From an uncultured Riemerella sp. (lineage in GTDB: Bacteria; Bacteroidota; Bacteroidia; Flavobacteriales; Weeksellaceae): 64,000 nucleotides of DNA. Position 1 is the first letter of the stretch; every line of letters begins with the position of its first letter. The translations under genes and the position numbers were made by a program. Below the pieces are notes generated by a model, which was not told the origin of the DNA, made no database searches, and saw only the letters and a list, made by a program, of their open reading frames with translations. The DNA lies in assembly GCA_937890925.1 (NCBI GenBank), contig CALAEK010000064.1:591-64590 (forward strand). Direction: 5' to 3'. This document shows, in pieces, positions 55,501 through 64,000 of the stretch.

Positions 55501-58500
55501 GGGGAGAAATGTCAGCCATCCTATTAATGCTGACTTTAAAATTTATGAGAAGCTTGATAACTTCTATACTCCACGCTATATGATGCCTTCACAAAAAGGA
55601 AAGCTAAGGATTCATCTATATTCTGCTACTCCTCCTACTTCACCAACACCTGCTCCCGCTCCAGGAACCCCACCAACCAGTGGAGATATCCTTCTAACAG
55701 CAAAGCAGGAAGGAAAAGTAGTAGCGCGTAAACGCTACAAGGTAGTGAATGGGATACTAAGTCTGAATCCAAAACCTTCTGATATAGTATCTGATTCTGT
55801 GGTATTAGGAAAAGAAGTTTTTCTAGAAGCCAATGTTTCCAATAAAAAAATGAAAGAATTCCTTGATGACCATCATTTTGAAATTAAAGCTCAAATTAAG
55901 GATTCTATAAGACTGGCGAAGACAGACCCTCGATATACTCCTACTCATCGTCATCATATTGCTACCTCCATTCAGCAACATAGAGATTATGGGGTTTATA
56001 TTCCTTTTGAGGAACCTCATAGTGAAGTAAAATTTGGTAAAACCTTCAGAGGATGGGGAAGTTTTGTGCTTAATGGAACTAAAGCTTCTAGTACCATAGA
56101 CCAAAGTCTGCTGGTAGAGAACTATGGAAATTATGACAGCTCTAACCCTCCTAATGTAGATCCTAGTCAGCATGATGGAAGTATTGCCCGTCCAGAAATG
56201 GAGGCTTCTAATCATTATTTCATTAGAACAAAAGGGAATACTCCTATTTCAAGATTTACAGGATTAGAAGATGATATTTATATCAGCAGAGAGGAGTTTT
56301 CTCCTTCCAGATTAGGGGAAAATGATATTATTCAGTATTTAGACACTTCACTTCCTGTGCTTTCAGGAGGTAGTGGTAGAGCCTTAAATATGGTTAATGA
56401 AGGGCGTAGTGAGGTCTTCTCTATAGGAGCAAATTTCGGAGGGGGAAGTGTAGGAATTGGTGGTTCCAGAGGTTCTGGGGATACCTATATCAAAGAGACC
56501 ATGGCGGATTTCAATGGTGACCGTTTCCCAGATTTTGTCCGTGGAGGCTTTGTGCAGTATACCACCCCGAGAGGAGGCATCTCAGCTCAAGCTGCAGAAA
56601 TAGGAGACTTCACTCATTCTAAAACCTCTAACCAAGGAGGCTCTATCAATGGAACCTATGCCCATCCTTTAGCTAAATCGTCTGCATCTAAAAATACAGA
56701 GAAATCTACCCAACAGCAGCAAAATACTGCTACCCAAGGAGCACAAGATGCTGATAAGGCAAAAGCAACACTGGGACTCAGCGGAGGCATCTCTTCTGGA
56801 GAAGACCATGCAGAGCATACCTATACCGATATTAATGGAGACGGGCTGGCAGACAGAGTAACGAGTAGTTATGTTTCCTACAATACGGGATATGGCTTCT
56901 GGAGTCCAGAACCTTGGAATTTTGGAGAACTCAATAAAGGAGAAAGTACAGATACCAGTGGAGGTCCAAGTCTTGGTTTTTCAAGACAATCAGGATCCTT
57001 TACTGGAGGATACAGCTACGGAAAATCTATCACTGATATGAAAACCCAGCTGCTGGATATGACTGGTGATGGACTGGCAGATAAAGTAATCTACCAAGAC
57101 CATGGAACTCTTGTTTATCCTAACCTTGGAAACCGATGGGATACCACTCCTCTGTTCATTCCTAGAACAGCTGGAAGACCTGTAGGAAGAAATGTCTCCA
57201 TAAGTCATGGAGGGGGTGTGAATATTTCTATTGACCCGCCACCTATACTATTTATCCGTCTCAGTTTTAAAGGAGGCGGTTCCTATGGAACCAATACTAA
57301 CCGTGTAGAGGCTACTTTCCTTGATGTAGATGGTGATGGCAACTTAGATTATGTACTCTCTGAAGATGAAAATGACCTGAGAGTAGCCTATTCTAATATC
57401 CGCAGAACCAATATGCTGAAGAGGGTAGAAACAGCAACAGGAAGCTGGTTTGAAATAGATTATGAGCGTAAAATGCCAACTTATGAAAACCCTAACAGCC
57501 AATGGGTACTCAAAGAAGTAAAGGTATTTGATGGCTATACTGGTGATGGAGAAGATTACGCTATCTCAAGATTTGAATACAACAAACCTTACTATGACCG
57601 AAGAGAGCGCAGTTTCTATGGTTATGGTGAGGTAAAGCAGATGCAGATCAATCCACAAGATGGTACAGTGCTGAGAACCAGTGTTCAGGAATATTACAAT
57701 GAAGACTTTTTTAGAAAATCTCAGCTTAAGAAAAGTACAACCTTTGATAAAAATGGAGCGAAACTCAGCGAAAGCAGTGTAACTTACCATATCGCAGATG
57801 CACAAAGCGGGGCGGTAATCCCATCAAACCAACTTTCTCTTCCGCAGATGGATACAAAATCTGTATTCATAGCACCAAAAGAGGAGAGAGAACGAGTATA
57901 TGAGCAGAGCGACTACCTAGAAAAGAAAACGGAGAAACACTATGACCGAGTAGGAAATATCGTCAAGTACATAGACCATGGAGCAGGAAAACCTTCTGAT
58001 AAGATAGAAGCTGATATCCGCTATTATGAAAGTGCAACCCCTTACTTCGGGGGTATTGCCCAAAGTATCATCGTAAAAGATGCTAATGGAGAGGTAAGAA
58101 AACGGGAAGCAGACATCCACCCGCAGACTGCAGAAGTCATCAAAATACGCCAGTTCTCTGGAGTAGGAATCTATACAGAGACACAGCTTTCTTATGATGA
58201 ATACGGCAACCTGGTACAGGTAACTGGTGCAGAGAATGAGAAAGGACAACGCTCACAGCTCAGCTATCAGTACAACCCTGAAACTCACAGCCATATTACC
58301 AAGATTAAAGATCATTTTGGGTATGAAAATACCATGGAGTATGACTACCGCTTTGGAGCACCAGTAAAAACTACTGACCGAAACGGGGAAAGTATGCTCT
58401 ATACGCTGGATGCCAAGGGAAGAACCATCAGTATCTTAGGACCTAAAGAAGCCAAAGCTGGAAAACCCTACACCATCCGCTATGAGTATCCGAACCTTAA

Positions 58501-60757
58501 TCAGCCCCGCCCTGCTGGACAGCTGCCTTATGCACTGACCAGAAACTATGACCCTGAACATAACCGAGATATAGAAACCTATACCTATGCCGACGGGCTG
58601 GGAAGAGCGGTGCAGGTGAAAAAGACCGCAAGTATCTTCAGGGGAAGAGGACTTGCTGATGAAGAAAAACACATCATCTCTGGAAAACAGATATATGATG
58701 CCTTAGGCAGGGTAGTAGAGACCTATTATCCATTCACTGTATCGGTGCAGAGCCAGCTGGTGCCCGCACCAAGCAGCAGCATATCACCTACTAAAACCCT
58801 CTATGATGAGAAAGACCGACCAGTAGAGCAGATTCTGCCTGATGGTTCCAGCGTGAAAACGGCCTATAAAATCACCCACCACAAGGGAGAAAATACCCTG
58901 CACACCACACAGACAGATGCGCTCAATAGACAAAGCCATACCTATACCGATGCGCAGGGAAGAGTGCTGACCCAAGTGCAGCCTGACGGCACAGAGACCC
59001 ATTTTGAATACAGTGCCATAGGAGAGCTTACCAAGGTAACTGATGCACAGGGACACCAGACCCTGAGCGAGTATGACCTCTTAGGAAGAAGAACCAAATT
59101 AGTACATCCTGATGCAGGAACGACTATTTTAGTCTATGACAAGGCAGGAAATCTCATCAAGAGACAAACCAGCCAGATACGCGGAGAAATGCCTGATGGC
59201 TACATCACCTACCACTATGACTACAACCGCCTGCAGGAGATAAAATACCCGAAATACCCTGAAAACAGTGTCCGCTACCACTATGGAGCACAAAGTGAGC
59301 AGGCAGGAAGAAGAGGAAGACTCTGGCTGGTAGAAGATGCGAGTGGAGGAACTGAATACTTCTACGGAGATATGGGCGAGGTAACTAAGGAAATCCGAAG
59401 TCTGCGTATAAAGCCCGTAGAAGTGCAGACCTATGTGACCCAGTATGAATACGACAGCTGGAACCGTATCCAAAAGCTGGTTTATCCTGATGGAGAAAGA
59501 CTGGACTTTGGGTATAATATAGCAGGGAACTTAACGAGCCTGAAAGGCTATAAAGCTCCCGAAGGCACAGCACCAAGTGAGGAGCATGCCTACACCTACC
59601 TGAAACAGCAGGGCTATGATGAGTTTGAGCAGAAAGTATACCGTCTCTACGGAAACGATACCGAGACCCGCTACCACTACGACCCTGTGATGAGACGCCT
59701 TGAACATCTCAAGGCCGAAAGTCTTACTCCAGCAGGAGGCGGGGGAAATTTCCTTATCCAGAACAACCGTTATGCGTATGATTTGGTAGGGAACATCCTC
59801 AAGGTGGAGAACCAGCTCCCGATTATCCGCAATGCACTGGGCGGGGCATCCAGCTATGAATATCAGTATGATAATCTCAACCGGCTGACCCACGCCAAAG
59901 GAAACTACACCGGAGAGCTTACCAGTGCCAGCTATGAGCTGAAAATGAGTTATAATAATCTTAACTCCATCACAAAGAAAGAGCTAAACCACCTCTCCGG
60001 AGGGGTGCAGAAGGGCTATACGCTGGACTACAGCTACAACAACCCTGCCCACCCTCACGCCCCGAGTGAAATCATGGAGATGGGTAAACCTAAAGCCCGA
60101 ACTTACCAGTATGACGGCAACGGTAACCCTGTCTACTACGAGGAATCCAAGAGTTTCCGCTCGATGGTCTGGGACGAGGAAAACAGGCTGAGAGGCATTA
60201 ACGATAATGGAAAACTGCATCTCTACACCTACGACCACACGGGCGAAAGAGCGGTGAAAAGCAGCGGGGAGAGCAGTACGGTGGTGACCAACGGGCTGAC
60301 ATCGGCGGTCATCACCCATATGGACGACTATACCGCCTATGTAAACCCTTATTTCGTGGTGCAGAAAGGGAAATTTACCAAGCATTATTTTGAGGGTTCG
60401 GCAAGGATAGTGAGCAAGCTGGGTGAAGGAACCTTTGTGCATAAAAACACGGGCATCATGGCGGGAGGAATAGACTACATCCGCCAGAGTGCCCAAATGC
60501 AGGAGGCAAGAGACAGGTATATTAAAGGGTCTCTGACCCCGCCAGGTCCGCCGACACAGCATGGCATTTATGCTTCGCCTGAATGGACAGGACAGCCTTA
60601 CTTGGATGGCAAAACCAATAAACCAAGTGAATTTAATAGGTTAATAGTCTTAAAAATAACACTATCACTAATAAAAAAGGGGTTGAGTTCTGGTAAATTA
60701 GTTGTATTTTTGTGTTGTGGTATAGTTTCTTTTGTATTTTTAATACTCCAAAAGTAA
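52586..60757 (+). CDS. Giant SpvB/TcdB-N - FG-GAP(VCBS) - RHS/YD-repeat protein, apparently truncated at the 3' end
   Basis: The ATG at 52586 (MRKKYFYN..., signal-anchor helix) is preferred over 52565. SpvB motif SIDLPAGRAGMQPGLSIQYSSDGGQSWLGTGWNLTLPSLSIDTRWGAPRY. At least 6 FG-GAP-like DxDGDGxxD loops. Many YD repeats (YDxxGNL, DAxGRxxxxxYD). The sequence stops after ...FTKHYFEGSARIVSKLG... without the terminal YYHxDHLGS...PFGE core or a toxin tip. The last roughly 45 codons are AT-rich and hydrophobic. Confidence 0.85.
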   Translation: MRKKYFYNLFLFLGISASLGAVTYVSRHLDFFSTKEIENKNKPDTTEEHPNLSGKLLTPSSAAVISQKGFWAEFPERSVSKALRVSVSALNKRNLPALGSNIINLTKNAEGYRMRPGGILFEKEISIEIAYDKTKIPEGYTEKDISIFFYDRAKKLWQKLPQSEVKSHLAESVSGKTKESSDFIAGIIKLPESPDTSGFTPTSISGLKAASPFVGVQSVSPPSASPDGSASTSFSIDLPAGRAGMQPGLSIQYSSDGGQSWLGTGWNLTLPSLSIDTRWGAPRYDAQYETESYILSGEELLPNTHRNEWENRTTNKRFYPRREGSFNQIIRKGNHPNNYHWMVKSKSGVTFYYGGDENSIAASSVLADPQGNIGHWAISSQKDLKGNSIHYEYVKDGGVLYPKSIYYTGKNNTKGAYSVHFITDKDLGENLRNDVQISARLGFKQQHDRLLRKIEIKYSGQMVRSYELVYREGAFKKTLLKEIRSYDAEGQLFYTNKMDYYDDVHDSNGNYIPFGAFKTWQVPSDNIAYTILGIDGFSGKPTLVGTSNSESGGVNFRVGVGITGIGRFNNSTLGGGGGSNWGSTHSKVLFQDIDGDNLPDKIYIDGSSVYYRKNLTALGTEGFGPKIPINLSSLGRTKSNSYNFGVDLMVNLNNKVGFPIGYNKQVSKNITESYFMDFNGDGLVDFANRGTIYYNRLVNGIPTFSPSSTGTPSPILNTGTLSISGTTGITREELERNNPLHDVVRTWKAPVAGRISISHTYKLIEDLSPKRAEYTKNDGTPKADGVKLYFQHKGNLVWQEDITADDYALKSKTEELNVQKGDVLYFRVSSKEDGNYDKTFWKPEITYTSLAAAQDENSLDLKKYTIEDILFSSEQMYAFPSDTRPTLRGNFVKGATTDGIKLKFYKIDLTHGSKTLVHEQYFSEAAATYDLSLIPLGNFQQAEALKVEIESETEINWRNIDFRPSIEYVDGEGRNVSHPINADFKIYEKLDNFYTPRYMMPSQKGKLRIHLYSATPPTSPTPAPAPGTPPTSGDILLTAKQEGKVVARKRYKVVNGILSLNPKPSDIVSDSVVLGKEVFLEANVSNKKMKEFLDDHHFEIKAQIKDSIRLAKTDPRYTPTHRHHIATSIQQHRDYGVYIPFEEPHSEVKFGKTFRGWGSFVLNGTKASSTIDQSLLVENYGNYDSSNPPNVDPSQHDGSIARPEMEASNHYFIRTKGNTPISRFTGLEDDIYISREEFSPSRLGENDIIQYLDTSLPVLSGGSGRALNMVNEGRSEVFSIGANFGGGSVGIGGSRGSGDTYIKETMADFNGDRFPDFVRGGFVQYTTPRGGISAQAAEIGDFTHSKTSNQGGSINGTYAHPLAKSSASKNTEKSTQQQQNTATQGAQDADKAKATLGLSGGISSGEDHAEHTYTDINGDGLADRVTSSYVSYNTGYGFWSPEPWNFGELNKGESTDTSGGPSLGFSRQSGSFTGGYSYGKSITDMKTQLLDMTGDGLADKVIYQDHGTLVYPNLGNRWDTTPLFIPRTAGRPVGRNVSISHGGGVNISIDPPPILFIRLSFKGGGSYGTNTNRVEATFLDVDGDGNLDYVLSEDENDLRVAYSNIRRTNMLKRVETATGSWFEIDYERKMPTYENPNSQWVLKEVKVFDGYTGDGEDYAISRFEYNKPYYDRRERSFYGYGEVKQMQINPQDGTVLRTSVQEYYNEDFFRKSQLKKSTTFDKNGAKLSESSVTYHIADAQSGAVIPSNQLSLPQMDTKSVFIAPKEERERVYEQSDYLEKKTEKHYDRVGNIVKYIDHGAGKPSDKIEADIRYYESATPYFGGIAQSIIVKDANGEVRKREADIHPQTAEVIKIRQFSGVGIYTETQLSYDEYGNLVQVTGAENEKGQRSQLSYQYNPETHSHITKIKDHFGYENTMEYDYRFGAPVKTTDRNGESMLYTLDAKGRTISILGPKEAKAGKPYTIRYEYPNLNQPRPAGQLPYALTRNYDPEHNRDIETYTYADGLGRAVQVKKTASIFRGRGLADEEKHIISGKQIYDALGRVVETYYPFTVSVQSQLVPAPSSSISPTKTLYDEKDRPVEQILPDGSSVKTAYKITHHKGENTLHTTQTDALNRQSHTYTDAQGRVLTQVQPDGTETHFEYSAIGELTKVTDAQGHQTLSEYDLLGRRTKLVHPDAGTTILVYDKAGNLIKRQTSQIRGEMPDGYITYHYDYNRLQEIKYPKYPENSVRYHYGAQSEQAGRRGRLWLVEDASGGTEYFYGDMGEVTKEIRSLRIKPVEVQTYVTQYEYDSWNRIQKLVYPDGERLDFGYNIAGNLTSLKGYKAPEGTAPSEEHAYTYLKQQGYDEFEQKVYRLYGNDTETRYHYDPVMRRLEHLKAESLTPAGGGGNFLIQNNRYAYDLVGNILKVENQLPIIRNALGGASSYEYQYDNLNRLTHAKGNYTGELTSASYELKMSYNNLNSITKKELNHLSGGVQKGYTLDYSYNNPAHPHAPSEIMEMGKPKARTYQYDGNGNPVYYEESKSFRSMVWDEENRLRGINDNGKLHLYTYDHTGERAVKSSGESSTVVTNGLTSAVITHMDDYTAYVNPYFVVQKGKFTKHYFEGSARIVSKLGEGTFVHKNTGIMAGGIDYIRQSAQMQEARDRYIKGSLTPPGPPTQHGIYASPEWTGQPYLDGKTNKPSEFNRLIVLKITLSLIKKGLSSGKLVVFLCCGIVSFVFLILQK

Positions 60758-60845
60758 TGATTTTCAATGTGTTTTTCTAATAAACTATGCTATTTTTTTA
60801 GATAAAACAGCAAGTTATTTACTTGCAAAACTTAAGTTTCTATTT

Positions 60846-61673
60846 ATGACCAAACAAGAAAAATTAATAGGTATTCATCCAAATAATACAGATCCTTTTG
60901 GGAAATGGCTTAAAGTAAATGATCTACCCGATTCTGCTACAAAATGTCATAGAGAACTAACAGAATCTACTGTTATAGATAACGATTTAATCGAATGGAT
61001 AGCAAGAAAAATTATCAATCATCACTACACTCAATTTAGGATAGATAGACTAAAACAAAAATATGAAAGTTTAGGCTATGCAGAATATGCTGCGCAACAT
61101 AGAAAACTGCCAATTGAAGACAAAGTAAAAAAAGGTAATGCAACTGAAATTCTTTTGACTGATTATATCCAGACAACACGAGGAAAGGAATTTATCAAAG
61201 TTTTCAAGTTAAGATATAATCCAAACGTTGATCAAGCGATAAAAGGAGATGACACATTGATGGTTGACTTATTTGAAGAAAACGGGAATGAAAAAATAAA
61301 AATATATTTAGGGGAATCTAAATTCCGAAAAGCGCCATCAAAGAAGGTTGTCGAAGATATTGCTAATTCTCTGAGTAAAGACACCTTACCTTTATCATAT
61401 ACTTTTCTAGTAGAAGAAATTGCAAAAACGGATGAAATACTTGCAGAAAAATTAGATGATTACATTGTACAGGACGTAAAAGATAGAGGTGATTTGATTT
61501 ATGCAGGATTGCTGTTGAGCAATACCGATACTTCAAGAACTGTCGAAAGGCATCTGAATAGTGATAACTCTAACTTAGTATTCATTTCAGTTGGCATTGA
61601 TAATCCAGAAAGATTTATTGAATCCGTATTTGAAAGAGCAGAAGAACTAATTGCTAATCCTGATTTGCTATGA
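60846..61673 (+). CDS. hamA: HamA-like (DUF1837-type) PD-(D/E)xK effector of a Hachiman-type system
   Basis: 275 aa with D...ExK signature IKGDDTLMVDL ... IYLGESKFRK. Its stop overlaps the start of a DExH helicase gene (ATGA). Size and pairing fit HamA. Family assignment comes from architecture, not from a database search. Confidence 0.6.
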   Translation: MTKQEKLIGIHPNNTDPFGKWLKVNDLPDSATKCHRELTESTVIDNDLIEWIARKIINHHYTQFRIDRLKQKYESLGYAEYAAQHRKLPIEDKVKKGNATEILLTDYIQTTRGKEFIKVFKLRYNPNVDQAIKGDDTLMVDLFEENGNEKIKIYLGESKFRKAPSKKVVEDIANSLSKDTLPLSYTFLVEEIAKTDEILAEKLDDYIVQDVKDRGDLIYAGLLLSNTDTSRTVERHLNSDNSNLVFISVGIDNPERFIESVFERAEELIANPDLL

Positions 61674-64000
61674 ATATAGAACATATTGAAGAAAGTTATC
61701 GGGCATTAGAATCAGATTCTACTCTACAAAATTTGATTGCCCAAGCTAATGCAAGATATATCCTTTATAATACAAGGGAATCCCAACAGAATTTCCCTCG
61801 ATATACGATTAAGGATGAACAACTAAATATTCTTGCGTTCAAATATCTGAATATTGGCTGTAACTATTTTGAACATCACGACTATACAAAAGCTGCGAGC
61901 TCTTTAGAAAAAGGAGCTTTAGTACTTGAATACATACATGGATCGATTAATACCGAGACAAAGAACAAGAGTTTATTTTGTCTGATTTCTGCGCTTGCTT
62001 ATTATGTTTGTTTTCAGTATTCAAAGTCATTTATACTTATACGCAAATCTCAAAGCGACACAGTAATAGCCTCATTGATATCTCTATTTCTCAATAGAGA
62101 ATTCAAACAATTGCAAAAGAATATAGATCGAATTATTACAGATCCTACCTATAGTGATAAATATTTGGCTGAAGATTTTAAGGAAGATAATGCTAAGAAA
62201 GTCTATGAAATTACAATTGCAAAAGCAATAAATAATTATGTCCAATTCTATCACACAGGGGATAATACATTTTTAGAGACAGCAAAACGAAATCTTACTA
62301 ATCTTCAAGAAATAGCTGAGATAAGGAGAGAACCCGATATTTGGTGGGTAATTCGACTGTTACTTCTCATCATAGATGGTTTTAGAGAATCTTCGTTATG
62401 GCATGTATTAGGACATTATTTCAATATCAAACATAAATTTCCTTTAAAGTATATACAATCATTAGTATATAAAGATCGTAGCATCACAGAGCTATTCCTT
62501 ACTCAAAGGAACTCCTTACCTAAAGTTTTAAACAGAGAGCAAAATGGAAGTATTATCAGTATCCCAACAAGTAGTGGCAAAACAAGAATTGGTGAAATTG
62601 CAATTTTGAACTGCTTGTCAAATAATCCTGATGCAAAAATTCTTTTCATTGCCCCTTTCAGATCGTTAGCCTATGAAATAGAAAATTCACTTGATGAAAT
62701 TTTTAATAATCTTGATATTTCAGTTTCACATTTGTATGGGGGTAGTCTATTCAGTAAACTTGATGAAAAAGTCATAGAAGAATCCTCTGTAATTGTAGTA
62801 ACACCAGAAAAAGCTAAAGCTCTATTAAGAAGTAATACAGATATACTTTCGAGCATTAAGTTGGTAATTGTAGATGAAGGACATTTACTTGGAGCAAACA
62901 AAAGACTTATCGTAAATGAAATGTTTTATGAAGAACTGAGATACCATGTTAGTGTTAATGGTGGTAAATTTTTGCTTTTATCCGCTGTTTTACCAAATGC
63001 AGAAGATTTATCTGAATGGCTTACCGGTTCTTCCGATAATGTGTATAAAGAAAACTGGCGACCTTCTGATGAAAGAATTGGAATAATGGAGTGGAATGGG
63101 AGGGCTGTTAACTTAAAATGGAAAAGTAATGATACAGAAAGAAATTCGTTTAACCCTAATTTTATTGTACAACAAGAATTACCCAAGAAGCCGCGACAAA
63201 GAAAAACTTATTATTTTCCAGAAAGCAAGAACCAAGCTATTGCTGCTACTGCATACAAACTAAGAGATTTTGGCCCCGTCTTGATATTTGTTGGCAAAAA
63301 AGAATCCGTATTTACTATAGCAAGAGAATATGAAGAATGTATTGAGACTGAAGATGATAAATTTAGGTTTAAAAACGAAGCCAATTGGGAAGCTTTCCAA
63401 TTGGCCTGTGTCGAATCTTATGGAAAAGATTCTGAATGGCTCAGATTTGCAAAAATGGGGATTTTTTGTCATAATGCAGACCTACTTTCAGATGTTCGAC
63501 TTCCATTAGAACGACTAATGAGAAGTGAAAAACCCAGAGTAATTATTGCAACCTCAACATTGGGGCAGGGGGTCAATCTTGGTGTGTCTACTGTCATTTT
63601 TTCTACTTTGTATCAGGGGAAGACACTAATTACCAAAAGAGATTTTTGGAATATTGCAGGTAGAGCTGGCCGTGCGTTTGTAGATCATGAAGGGAAGATT
63701 TTAGTTGCACTTGACATTACGGGAAAGGATCATAATAAAATTAGATGGAAGAGAAATCTCATTTCAGAATACTTAAATAAAGATAATATTGATGCTGCAA
63801 GAAGCGGCTGTTTGAGGTTAATAAGAGTATTAAAAAACATATCACTATCAAATGGGTTGTCATTTGACACACTTATTAACTTACTTGCAGAAAACCGTAT
63901 TGATGAGATTCACGAACAATCAGATGAGATTGATGCTCTTCTTGATTGGATTGATGACGGCTTATTATCACTACATAATTCTAATAACCCCGAAGGGAAT
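61670..64000 (+). CDS. hamB: HamB-like SF2 DExH helicase (partial; open to the window end)
   Basis: Not in the ORF track because no stop is reached. Manual translation gives 777 sense codons. Motif I IPTSSGKTRIGE, II LVIVDEGHLL, III LLSAVLPN, V VIIATSTLGQGVNLG, VI WNIAGRAGRAFVDHEG. A roughly 290-aa non-helicase region precedes the core. Confidence 0.75.
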   Translation, partial: MNIEHIEESYRALESDSTLQNLIAQANARYILYNTRESQQNFPRYTIKDEQLNILAFKYLNIGCNYFEHHDYTKAASSLEKGALVLEYIHGSINTETKNKSLFCLISALAYYVCFQYSKSFILIRKSQSDTVIASLISLFLNREFKQLQKNIDRIITDPTYSDKYLAEDFKEDNAKKVYEITIAKAINNYVQFYHTGDNTFLETAKRNLTNLQEIAEIRREPDIWWVIRLLLLIIDGFRESSLWHVLGHYFNIKHKFPLKYIQSLVYKDRSITELFLTQRNSLPKVLNREQNGSIISIPTSSGKTRIGEIAILNCLSNNPDAKILFIAPFRSLAYEIENSLDEIFNNLDISVSHLYGGSLFSKLDEKVIEESSVIVVTPEKAKALLRSNTDILSSIKLVIVDEGHLLGANKRLIVNEMFYEELRYHVSVNGGKFLLLSAVLPNAEDLSEWLTGSSDNVYKENWRPSDERIGIMEWNGRAVNLKWKSNDTERNSFNPNFIVQQELPKKPRQRKTYYFPESKNQAIAATAYKLRDFGPVLIFVGKKESVFTIAREYEECIETEDDKFRFKNEANWEAFQLACVESYGKDSEWLRFAKMGIFCHNADLLSDVRLPLERLMRSEKPRVIIATSTLGQGVNLGVSTVIFSTLYQGKTLITKRDFWNIAGRAGRAFVDHEGKILVALDITGKDHNKIRWKRNLISEYLNKDNIDAARSGCLRLIRVLKNISLSNGLSFDTLINLLAENRIDEIHEQSDEIDALLDWIDDGLLSLHNSNNPEGN

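Noticed and set aside
59984-60562. 192-aa minus-strand ORF, plus others at 59129-59893, inside the rhs 3' region
   Set aside because: This is a GC-rich region where antisense frames stay open by chance. The plus strand encodes unmistakable YD repeats.

Overview
The window is an AT-rich chromosomal segment that looks Bacteroidota/Flavobacteriia-like. Evidence: TTTG/TAnnTTTG promoters, no Shine-Dalgarno signals, a T9SS C-terminal sorting domain and Arm-type integrases. No rRNA, tRNA or CRISPR was seen.

(1) 1-41.8 kb is a nearly complete temperate siphovirus-like prophage whose left end lies off-window. It carries a cI/cro-like switch, a Toprim/P-loop primase-helicase, an ASCH protein and a DUF3127 SSB-like protein, followed by a TTGTAAGG repeat field. 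The virion and lysis genes are S49 protease, scaffold and capsid, ParB-methyltransferase, a hicAB cassette, terminase, a short N6-MTase, portal, an SGNH tail fibre and a lysis cassette. It also holds an AT-rich moron island with its own HTH switch, a structured RNA leader, and a 1371-aa tape measure. Two small foreign-looking genes (NTase-like, P-loop kinase-like) are wedged into the tail genes. A tyrosine integrase closes the element.

(2) 42.0-49.0 kb is a 7-kb integrative element with no virion genes: int, secreted protein, cI-like, cro-like, antirepressor, two HTH paralogs, a replication organiser and DnaB. It is either satellite-like or a cryptic prophage remnant. Its switch proteins are homologous to those of the neighbouring prophage.

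(3) 49.1-60.8 kb holds two porin-family OMPs, a T9SS LamG/SprB-repeat protein, and a ~2720-aa SpvB/FG-GAP/RHS protein. The 3' end of that gene is cut off at an abrupt GC drop.

(4) 60.8-64.0 kb is a Hachiman-type pair: a HamA-like PD-(D/E)xK protein and a DExH helicase. The helicase ORF is missing from the ORF track because it runs off the window.

Hand-called coordinates (terminators, promoters, refined starts) may be off by 1-2 nt.
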